This document shows, in pieces, positions 1 to 8,619 of a DNA stretch of 13,305 bases. Location of the stretch: assembly GCA_043228905.1 (NCBI GenBank), contig JBHGNT010000965.1, positions 1 through 13,305 on the forward strand, written 5' to 3'. Positions within the stretch are counted from its first letter, which is position 1, and each line of letters begins with the position of its first letter. The notes beneath the pieces were generated by a model. It ran no database searches. It was not told the origin of the DNA and worked only from the letters and a program-made list of their open reading frames with translations. The translations under genes were made by a program, and so were the position numbers. Origin of the DNA: Azolla caroliniana (Eukaryota; Plantae; Polypodiophyta).

Positions 1-139
1 GAGTTCAAGAATATGAGAAAGAAATTATGGGTACGTACATGTCCCCTCATACTTTCTACTTAATGTAAGTAGGTACCTAGAGCTATAAACTCGTAAGTTG
101 TAACAATCATCACCGCCCAGCACGAGCCCAATCCTCCGG

Positions 140-465
140 CCTTCAATGGAGGGAGGGTGGAAGGTGTGTAGGAAACAACCAACATGGAAAGGGGGCTAAT
201 AGTTCCACCTCGGGCAGTTTCCTCCTTGCATCACTATCGACATGTTTCTCCATTTCTGCCCAAAATGTAAACGAGCAGTGACCACGTCGTTAGAGTGGCC
301 ACAAACCTCGTCCAACTACCCTCGCATGCAACTAATAATTGCGAACCATATATCCATGTTCAATTCCTCCTAGAGGGGCATACTAGATCTTGGAAGAACT
401 TTAGGCAGCATGCTTTCCACACATACCAAAGGGTGAAGCCTACGATCAACATCCATTCATTGCAA
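140..465 (-). mobile_element. 5'-truncated remnant of a LINE ORF2 C-terminus
   Basis: The minus strand reads CNEWMLIVGFTLWYVWKACCLKFFQ, then after a frameshift EELNMDIWFAIISCMRG*LD...HFGQKWR...PRWNY*PP. The W-x-x-W-x-x-(R)C-x3-F motif is the L1 ORF2 tail and parallels IWHIWTI*C at the end of the + strand LINE. Confidence 0.6.
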
Positions 466-642
466 TATCAAGTAAAAAATTACGAGGAAAAGCAATATTA
501 AGAGAAAATTAATGCACTTACAAGGAGGATTTGAGCAAATAAGAGTTTTTATTATGGAAGTTCTTTTTTGCTAGTAGCCATTGCGACATCACTCCCCTTC
601 GAGAAGAGCATTTCATCCACATAAAAACATTTGCATGGTTTC

Positions 643-933
643 TTCCATAGTATGAACCATACGCACCATACGTGCATTCGCATTCGCGAATGATTAAATC
701 ATTCGCGAAAGAAAAACACCCTCAAAGAATGATAAATATCATACTTTTGGATTAACTATTTATTATGAGGTAGATAAGCGTAAAAATGAAAAAAAAAACA
801 AAAAAAAACATTAAAAAAATGGGAAAAAAACAAAAAAAAAACACAAGAATGTTAGGATAACATTCGCATTCGTTTTCCAACGTAGGAAAACGAATGTTAT
901 ACTAGACGAACACGAATTTTACGTACTATGGAA
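643..933. mobile_element. Putative MITE / non-autonomous DNA transposon (~290 bp)
   Basis: Perfect 10-bp terminal inverted repeat (TTCCATAGTA 643-652 / TACTATGGAA 924-933), subterminal CATTCG/CGAATG motifs at both ends, A-rich non-coding core. No clean target-site duplication. Confidence 0.55.
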
Positions 934-1297
934 CTTTCTTCTATATGGGGTGATCCCCCGCATCAAGGCAATTCACCATGGAACACATCGGTCCAATTCC
1001 CATATGACTCATTGAAATGCGAGGTTGAAACATGCAACTGTATTACTAATCTACAAACATGAATTGGAGTCTAACCCTCAATTCACCATGCACCACATTG
1101 GATTGTGAATTTTAGTTTCCACAATTTAATCTAGCGAGAAAAATTTCAAGCCCATCCAAAGCACTTGCTCCTTTTTTTTTTTATGAAAAGCAAATGTTCT
1201 TGAATTGATGATTCAAAAAATCAAGTTATGTCTCTGGCTCTTTGGAACAAACAAAACAAATGTACATGTAGTGTTGTATATTGATCCTAACATTGGA

Positions 1298-1410
1298 TAC
1301 ACATACATTATACATTATACATATACATATACATTATACATTATACATATACATTATACATTATACATTATACATTATACATTATACATATACATTATAC
1401 ATATCCATTA
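1298..1410 (+). repeat. Compound simple repeat TACATTA / TACATA
   Basis: 1304-1403 consists of ten TACATTA and five TACATA units interleaved, flanked by the variant units TACACA and TCCATTA. Confidence 0.95.
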
Positions 1411-1547
1411 GCCATTCCATGAATATTCATTCATTCATTGCATGCTTTAGTCATTAGAGGCCCTACCCTGCCCCCACCCAAAAAAAAACAATGAGCAAAA
1501 AGCATCAAAAAGCACAAACTGAAGTAAAATTGTTTCTTCACCCTTCT

Positions 1548-1554
1548 TATATAT
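1548..1554 (+). promoter_or_regulatory. Possible TATA box of BADC
   Basis: TATATAT about 125 bp upstream of the ATG, followed by a pyrimidine-rich 5'UTR-like stretch (about 1600-1650). Position is the only support. Confidence 0.3.
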
Positions 1555-1674
1555 GTACTAGTAGTATTGCTCGTTTAAGATTAAAGATCAAACCAAGGTT
1601 TCTCATCCTCCTCCTTCCCTTCTCTGATTTGGGTTTTTGGCCTTTCTTGTTCAATGGAGTATCTCTGCACCGCC

Positions 1675-1687
1675 ATGGCAACCTCAG
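1675..1687 (+). CDS. BADC: BADC coding exon 1 (MATS+G)
   Basis: gccATGG start context. The donor AG|GTCCCA is weak but is followed by a T-rich intron ending aaacag at 1870. An in-frame ATG at 1654 is an alternative start. Confidence 0.7.
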
Positions 1688-2427
1688 GTCCCATGAATGA
1701 ATCAATCGTCGCTCTGCTTTTTTTTTTTTTGTTTGTTTGTTTGTTTCTTCCTCTTTCTTCTTCATTTTTGCATCTTTCCTTAATGATTTCGAGAGATTTC
1801 TCAGAATTTTGCTTCTTATTTTTTTGGTCTTTTTTTTTTTTCTGTTTGCACATTTTTAATTGAAAAACAGGGAATTTGGCAGTTCCTTCATCATTATCTG
1901 TTAGATCTACCGTGATGATCTGCCATCCATGGAGAGTTCGGAGATCCTTCTCAAGGATGCCAATTTGTGCTGTTTCTGATATTGCTTCTTCACAAAGTAA
2001 GATTTTAGTTTTAGTCTTTTTTTTGGTTTGATATCTTATTAATCTATTTTTACTGGGGAATTTTATTTATCATTATTTCATCTAAATATAAGAATCTTGT
2101 TTGTTTATTCATTTGTTCAATAATTATTCTGCTGCTTAGTTATTCAATCATTGATCTTCAGATGAAGATAATGTTCTTTAAATTTTGTTCATTCATTCAT
2201 ATCTGGATATGGCGATGACGGTGGTAGTTTGTTTATTAATTCGTCTCAGGACCGTGTAATGTTTGCTATTCAAGGTGATGTTAGTTTGTTCATCATTCAT
2301 CTCAAGATGATGATGATGGTGTTTCCTCTTCATGATGAGGCATGCATACTATTTCGACCCTGGGTTTCATCATATGATTGATTTTAGCAGGACATTTACA
2401 TAATGAGTTTCTATAGGTGAGATTTCT

Positions 2428-2462
<35 letters not shown>

Positions 2463-5308
2463 TGTTTACTTCTCATCAAGCGAGGTGCTAGTTTATTTAC
2501 TCATTCATCTCAAGATGTTCTCTCTTCACAACAATGATACTGCATGCCATTTAGACATACAGTTTAATCCCATTATGTCTTTCACACCAGAAGTTTAAGA
2601 AAATTTTGCGACAATGATTCCCACTCAGTGGATTAATACTGAACACTTCAAGATCCGATGAGCATCAGAGGGAAGCATGAGGGAAAGTGGGATATTCCAC
2701 ATCAGGAAGAAGCTCATAATGCTCAATACGTGAGAAAAGAATGAGTGAGCGGAAATGGCCTCTTTCCCTTGAGAGAAAATGGCCAAAAAATCCTTGTCCA
2801 TGTATTAAGTGAATTGTTTCCCTCATGGGAAAATGTAAAAAAGCTTTGCTCTTTCCCTCAAGAGAAAATGGCTAAAAAATCCTCGTCCATGTAAGTGGAT
2901 CGTTTCCCTCAGGGTAAAATGTAAAAAAAACTTAATGTGGATTCTCTAATCATCATGCATGTGAGTTCTAATCCATGGTGTTAATTCTTATGAATTTGCT
3001 CACCTTCATCATGTGAGTTTCAAGAAAGGATGATAAATCTCATGTCTTCTCATCGCCTTTTATGTGTTTATAATCCACGATAAATTCTCTCAGTCTGTTG
3101 ATGGTCTCTTAATTGGATATCACTACTGATCAATAGTTCCTTCGTCTTAGCAGAAATAGGTGAAGAAACAGAGAATAGACTGAAGCCAAAGGAAAACGAT
3201 AGCTCGCTTTCTCCCAGTTCCTTTGAGGTCTGATTGGATTGATACCCTGGATCCCACTGTATGGTTCATACCAAATTTGTATAAATATGTTTGCTATTGT
3301 TACAGATACAATCTTTATTGATGGAGATTTGTGATGAAACCAGTATTGCAGAGCTAGAGCTCAAGGTTGGATTTTTCTTTCAACCTTAGTACGGGGAAAA
3401 ATGCATTTTGCAATGGTTTACAGTTATCATAAGAAAATTTGAAGCTGCAGTATTGAATTACACTGCCCATTCCAAATGATTGATGCTTTTAACAATGTGT
3501 TTTTGAAGCCCATAATTATCTGAAAATTGTATAGATGGGTTTGGCCCAAGGATTGATGCTTTAAAATATGCATTTTTCTTAAAGTATATTTTTATTTATT
3601 TTACACTCTTTATTCCAAATGATTCATGCTCTTGATGATACATTTCGAAGTTCATAATTGTCACAGGATTGATGCTTGAAATTTTGGAACTGTGTAGATG
3701 GGTTCTTTTAAGCTAAGAGTAAAGAGGGATGTGACAAAATTGAAAGGTTCGAGTCCAGTTGTTGTACCTCTGGCACCACCTATACCAAGCGAGCCCATGG
3801 AGAAGTCTGGTGTGTCTTCACTAGCTCTTCCTCCCCCTTCACCCAAACCTTCTTCTCCGTCATCTGGTGCAATCACTCTTGCAAACCCTTCCTCAAAAGG
3901 TGGATCAAAAATCGGTCTTCTTGAGGCAGCTGCTGATGAAGGTCTCCATTTTGTGACCTGTCCCAAGGTAATTTCTTCTCTTTATCTTTTCTGTATTTTC
4001 ATCATAACATAACATGAATGATAAGGGTTGCAATATAAACTACATATTTTATTTTTTACTTTTTTAACAATCTTGATGATTAGGATCATTGCATATCTTA
4101 TGCTTCTATTTTCCTGTTGCAAATTTTGTCATAACACCACCCATGGACGTGATCTTTGATAGGTGGGTTGGTTCAGAAGGTCGCGAGTTGTAAAGAAGAA
4201 AAGCGGTCGTCCGCTGTGTGAGGAGGTATGCATTTTCATTTTGTGAAGTTAGCTACGGTGGATCTAGAATGTGTATAATTTGTTAGCTATTATAGATTTA
4301 TATTGCATATCAGATATTAGCTATGATGTGTGCTGTTCGTATATAATTTATCTTACCATATGCTTTGTTGAGTGGTTCAAATATTGCAAGATTAGATGTG
4401 ATATTGAATTGTTGTACAGGGTCAAATTGTTAAAGAAGGTCAAGCGGTGTGCTATGTGGAACAACTTGGGACGCAACATCCCGTTGAAGTACGAATCTGG
4501 CTAAACTCTAGTTTTTTGGACATGTATTCTCTACTTCGGCTTTGGGTTCTCACCCTAGCCTTTGAAAAAAGTACATATTTTAGATCGCAAAGGAATTGTG
4601 CCCAAAATATTCAAAGCATCCTATCCAAATGAAAAGGGGATGTTTCGCAAACCATTGATTCATGTGAACCAATGCATGAAGTGCACAAGAACTAAGCACA
4701 ACCATCCAATCTACATGTGTGTGTGGTAGGAATATATCTTCTATGTGCTCAGAGTTGAAGGAACCCAGAAAGAGACAGGTTTCTCATATACTGATGTTTT
4801 AAGATATTCCTTTACATATGTGAGTAAAGATGAGGCTCCCATATATATATATTGATGTGTTTTAAGGAAATTCATTGGTGGAGGAGTAGAAATATGGATA
4901 TTTAGCAGGAAGCAAGTGTCCATGTTCCCTAGGGTGCAAATTAAATGTGGAAAATTTAGTGGGATGGTTTTTGAACTTTAAGTTGCTTGATATTTTTAAA
5001 GTGTCCGTGTTTGGTGCACTGCAAATTCCATGGTTCCTTTCCATCCACATCCTTGTATTTCTAATGACATGAAAAACATTGTAAATAAGTTGATATAACT
5101 TGTGTATGCAGGCTGAAACTTCTGGAGAAGTGATGAAAATCTTATGCAAAGATGGAGGTAAAAATGGAAGGGAAAATAATAATCACTTTCTTCATGTGAA
5201 ATGCTATTGGTTTCATCATTATATTGTTTTTGGTTTCTTTTTGCAGAACCTGTGGGTTATGGTGATCCACTCATTGCGATCCGGCCTTCATTTGCTGGAA
5301 TCAAGTAA
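1675..5308 (+). CDS. BADC: Spliced gene (9 coding exons) for a plastid biotin attachment domain-containing protein (BADC; non-biotinylated BCCP-like ACCase regulator), 261 aa
   Basis: Manual splice join(1675-1687,1871-1996,3151-3227,3306-3365,3698-3967,4163-4225,4420-4488,5112-5157,5247-5308) = 786 nt. All introns are GT..AG, phases are consistent and there is no internal stop. Protein: MATSGNLAVPSSLSVRSTVMICHPWRVRRSFSRMPICAVSDIASSQTEIGEETENRLKPKENDSSLSPSSFEIQSLLMEICDETSIAELELKMGSFKLRVKRD...PPIPSEPM...FVTCPKVGWFRRSRVVKKKSGRPLCEEGQIVKEGQAVCYVEQLGTQHPVEAETSGEVMKILCKDGEPVGYGDPLIAIRPSFAGIK*. It has the BCCP/BADC layout (transit peptide, ICDETSIAELELK block, Pro/Ser linker, biotinyl-lipoyl domain), with EQLGT in place of EAMKM. 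Paralog number not assignable by eye. Confidence 0.93.
1871..1996 (+). CDS. BADC: BADC exon 2, chloroplast transit peptide
   Basis: cag|...|gtaag boundaries, 126 nt, phase 1/1. Ser/Arg-rich, acid-poor peptide NLAVPSSLSVRSTVMICHPWRVRRSFSRMPICAVS. Confidence 0.85.
2136..2320 (+). repeat. Degenerate minisatellite-like units in BADC intron 2
   Basis: Recurring approximate unit TAGTTTGTTCATCATTCATCTCAAGATG near 2137, 2184, 2225 and 2282, with a further copy at 2489-2516. Confidence 0.6.
2429..2462 (+). repeat. Compound microsatellite (CT)8(CA)9
   Basis: Read directly from the sequence. Confidence 0.95.
2760..2930 (+). repeat. Tandem duplication of ~83-bp units in intron 2
   Basis: 2760-2842 and 2849-2930 share CTCTTTCCCT..AGAGAAAATGGC.AAAAAATCCT.GTCCATGTA...TTTCCCTCA.GG.AAAATGTAAAAAA. 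Confidence 0.9.
3151..3227 (+). CDS. BADC: BADC exon 3
   Basis: Pyrimidine tract plus tag|cag acceptor, donor GAG|gtctga. Encodes EIGEETENRLKPKENDSSLSPSSFE and restores phase 0 before the conserved exon 4. Confidence 0.85.
3306..3365 (+). CDS. BADC: BADC exon 4
   Basis: tacag|...AAG|gttgga. Encodes IQSLLMEICDETSIAELELK, the conserved N-terminal block of BCCP/BADC proteins. Confidence 0.92.
3458..3704 (+). repeat. Diverged duplication in intron 4 that includes the exon-5 acceptor
   Basis: 3458-3541 aligns to 3601-3704 (TTACACT..ATTCCAAATGATT.ATGCT...GAAG..CATAATT.TC...TGT.TAGATGGGTT). The second copy carries a ~20-nt insertion. Confidence 0.75.
3698..3967 (+). CDS. BADC: BADC exon 5, Pro/Ser-rich linker
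   Basis: gtag|ATG...AAG|gtaatt. Corresponds to ORF-track 3698..4012 up to VTCPK. Confidence 0.92.
4163..4225 (+). CDS. BADC: BADC exon 6
   Basis: atag|GTG...GAG|gtatgc. Encodes VGWFRRSRVVKKKSGRPLCEE, the basic thumb-region segment typical of BADCs. Confidence 0.92.
4420..4488 (+). CDS. BADC: BADC exon 7
   Basis: tacag|GGT...GAA|gtacga. Encodes GQIVKEGQAVCYVEQLGTQHPVE. Confidence 0.92.
5112..5157 (+). CDS. BADC: BADC exon 8
   Basis: tgcag|GCT...GGAG|gtaaaa. Encodes AETSGEVMKILCKDG. Confidence 0.92.
5247..5308 (+). CDS. BADC: BADC exon 9 (terminal coding exon)
   Basis: tttttgcag| acceptor. Encodes EPVGYGDPLIAIRPSFAGIK then TAA, matching the VGYGDPL...PSF C-terminus of BADCs. Confidence 0.92.
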
Positions 5309-6823
5309 ATTTCTCATTATACATTATTACATTAGTCCCTTTATTTACTAGAATTGAGCAATTTATTGTCGTTTCCAAGTTTGTTAGAAAGTATAAATAG
5401 ATAATTTGAGTGAGTGTGTTTCTATACGGGACATCGAAGTCATCTTTGCCCATGTTGTAACAACCTTCATTTGATGTGAGACATTTATTTTAGAATTTTT
5501 TGCTTGGAATCATGAGGGTTAACAAGTAGATTTCATCTCAAGAAAATCCAATAAGATAATTTTTTATTGATTTTCTTCTATGCCTACTAGCAATTTCATT
5601 TCCACATCTTTTTAGTTAGCATCTATTTTGATGACTTCATAATCTAACACCTTGTGGAATATGATGGGTTTTTTTTACTTTTGCATGTCTGGTTATATGC
5701 AGTTAGATTCCTACTCGCCGAATATGGTTTGCTTTGGTTTGGGTCACATTTATTGATTCATACATGACTTTATTTAGGATAATCTTATTAGGATTGCTAA
5801 ATGAATTGCTTTTGTAAGATTTTTTCATAAGAGTACTATCTATTGTAGTTGGGATACTAAATCCCCAGAAATTTGATGACTTACTTTTGTCTTCGTATGA
5901 TTGTTCTAATCGATTCATGCCCTTCAAAGAGCTTACATGCTCATATTAAGTGATGGTAGTGCCCTGAAATTTTCTTGTTGAGATTGCATGGAAAATTAAT
6001 GCTTGCCATATAAACTACTCTAAGGCAATTTTGTTTCATCCATCCAATTGGGCCCAAGGCATCTAGGGATTATTTGCTTTTTCAAAAAAAATTTAACACT
6101 CAAGTAAATAAACTCATTTTCCTTTGTCGGTATCTTTGACACTTTGATATGTTATGCTACCTTTTAGTTTAGGCATTTGCAAACACAGTTTTTTGAGCAA
6201 CATGTTGAAATTTAAAGGGATATTACTCTTAGTGGCTTTATTACCATAGCCTATTGCAACACTATTGTCTTAAAACCCATGATTGTGGAAAGTGAACTAG
6301 AAAGTCAAATTTTCGAGAAAGTATTGGCGTAGTAAGTGTGTGTTATCCTTCCATCAAACTATCATATTGCGAACATGTAGAGGATAGTGGTATAGCTTTA
6401 GGACTAGCCAAGAAAGTAATACCTTTTTAGGATTGTAATTTCAACATGTAGACTTTTAATGGAGGAATATAGGTTCTAAATATAATATTTCATCCAATGC
6501 TAAACCCTTATATAAGTTGGAATAAAAACTTAATGCTACTATTGTGTTATCTAATTTTAAATCCCTCCATTCTTGAATCAGCTATGGAGTCTTGTTAGTC
6601 TTCATTGTCACATTACCATCATTGAGTCTTCAAACCTCATGACTATTGTGGATGCATGGTTGAATGTTTGACACTAGCTAGCAATGAGGAAGTTTCATAC
6701 GATGGGGTCATACAATGCATAGAGTGTAGGCTCACGTCTATCATATAATGTTTTAGTCCTCAACATATATAATCCTATGTCACTCTTTCTCTTCTTGTTG
6801 GTTAATGGCGTTCCACTAAATTC

Positions 6824-6893
6824 TTCATTTACACTAGGGAAGTCATTCCAGACTTCATTTCATTTACACTAGGGAGGTCATTCTAGACTTCAT
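6824..6893 (+). repeat. 35-bp tandem duplication
   Basis: TTCATTTACACTAGGGA(A/G)GTCATTC(C/T)AGACTTCAT twice, 2 mismatches. Confidence 0.95.
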
Positions 6894-7130
6894 CTGGAAG
6901 CATGCGGTATCAAACTCTTGACTTGGCCTTGTAAGGCAAGACCAAATGGATTGACTACCATCTAGATTGAGAGTGGTTTGTATGCTCATGTAATTTGTTT
7001 CAACTTTTCAACATGGTCTTAAGCATTGTTGATGCTCATAAAAAGGGGTACAACTTACTTATTTGGGTCTCTATCCTTAACATGATTATGAAAGGTCATG
7101 CATCCCCTTGCTTGATCAACTATGACTAAC

Positions 7131-7390
7131 AATGTTTGGATGGATCAAAGGTCATGCCTATTTATGGATTACAAATGTTGATCTTTGCTGTCACTATCTT
7201 CGTGTATCGAGATATTTGTGCCTACAGTTTTTCTGTACCCTATTAGTGTGGGATCTAATTAATGTTTGGATGAATCAAAGGTCGTGCCTATTTATGGATT
7301 ACAAATGTTGATATTTGGTGCCACTATCTTCGTGTTTCGAGATATTTGTGCCTACAATTTTTGTGTACCCTATTAGTGTGGGATCTAATT
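7131..7390 (+). repeat. 130-bp tandem duplication
   Basis: 7131-7260 versus 7261-7390, ungapped, 8 mismatches by my count. Confidence 0.95.
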
Positions 7391-8619
7391 GGTGGTTCTT
7401 TGTGGCCATTGGAGCCACTAGCAAAGGTGAATTTGGGTAGTTTTGTGGAATCGGCAGAATGTTTGTGTGCTTCGTGTTTACAGACTTTGGCTATGTCTAC
7501 ATTCGACATTTCTAAGTGCATCGATGGACTATTAGGGGAACAAGTGCATTTTATTAGGACAAACTTGATTTTAGTTAGCATTTTGTTTGGGCACTTGTCT
7601 TAGTTAACAATTTTGATTAGAGATCTACCTCTTTATTAAAACACGAGTTCAAGGATCTCATCCTCTTTAATATGTGTGAGGTACTCTATGCTTAGCTTCA
7701 ACTAAGACTTCTTGAGGAAGGGGAGGCAAATGTAATCATAACCCCTTTGTCATTCAACCTTCTTTGCTCATTTGGATCCAACTTTAAAAACCAACCTCCA
7801 AGGTTCAACATTGGTCTTTTTGTGGTTGGGCAATAGGTGAGGTGCACTTTTGGGTAAATTTAGGGGTAAAACTATTCTATGAACTTGGTAGCATGCCTTT
7901 TCGCCTCTTTGCACGAAACATTTATTTAATCTTCTCAATACAATGATAGATCATGCTTGTTTGTTTATGATGGGAGTTGATGATTCTCCACTATTTGAAA
8001 ACAATTGATTGTTCACCATTATTAGTAGATAGTTGGTTGTCAAAACAATGTGAGCAAATGTTGACCATGATGAGAGGGGTTAAGAGTTCACCAAGACGAG
8101 AATGAGCTCCCAACACAATGGGATTAATGAACTTGAGAACACAATGTTTAGCTCTTGTAAGGTAACTCTGCATGATGGAAGTTCTTTACTCCGGATGGTG
8201 AGAGGAGTTAAGGGCTCAACATGAAAGCAACAAAAGAGTTCTTGACATGATGGGATCAATTTACGAGGTGGGAGTGATTAACATCTCACCACAATGGAAG
8301 ACTTTGGGGTTTAGTCTTTGGCTCCATAAGAGTAGGGGAATGTATATTGGCTATCATGGAAGACCCCAATTGATAGATACGAACATCAAGACGAGGGATG
8401 ACGTTGTGATAAAGGCACAAGAGATCTCGTTTTTTACCACCAACAATTATCACTCAACCCCCATCAATGCCAAAGATGAAGTTGTTGTGGAATTGATCAA
8501 CCCAAAATAACATTATGGACTCTCTAGAAACAACGTTGTTGGTTGATCTTCACCAACCAAACCATGCCCCATGTGACGTTATTGCCAAAGATATGGAGTG
8601 AAGTTGTAGCCACAGTAAA

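Noticed and set aside
969-1102. Short direct repeat CAATTCACCATG.A.CACAT.GG at 969 and 1079
   Set aside because: Only two ~23-bp imperfect copies, with no array or recognisable element between them.
1205-1411. ORF with HYTLYI repeats
   Set aside because: It is simply the translation of the TACATTA simple repeat.
1560-1573. Possible WRI1 AW-box (CnTnG-n7-CG) in the BADC promoter
   Set aside because: The first base is A rather than C, so it is only a near match. No exact AW-box was seen near the start codon.
1547-1863. Lys-rich minus-strand and Phe-rich plus-strand ORFs
   Set aside because: Artefacts of the T-tracts in BADC intron 1 and the 5'UTR.
2625-2750. Possible intronic C/D snoRNA (ATGATT...CTGA)
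   Set aside because: No full RTGATGA C box, spacing too short, and no terminal stem.
3661-3966. 101-aa antisense ORF
   Set aside because: Shadow of BADC exon 5.
7324-7603. 85-aa ORFs on both strands
   Set aside because: They begin or end inside the 130-bp duplication, with no recognisable motif or splice support.
6901-7740. TRIM/LTR element suggested by a PBS-like CGGTATCAAAC (~6905) and a PPT-like GAGGAAGGGGAGGCAAA followed by TGTA (7714-7734)
   Set aside because: The PBS match to TGGTATCAGAGC is poor and no matching pair of LTRs was found on either side. The PPT alone could be an LTR-element scrap but is not enough to call.
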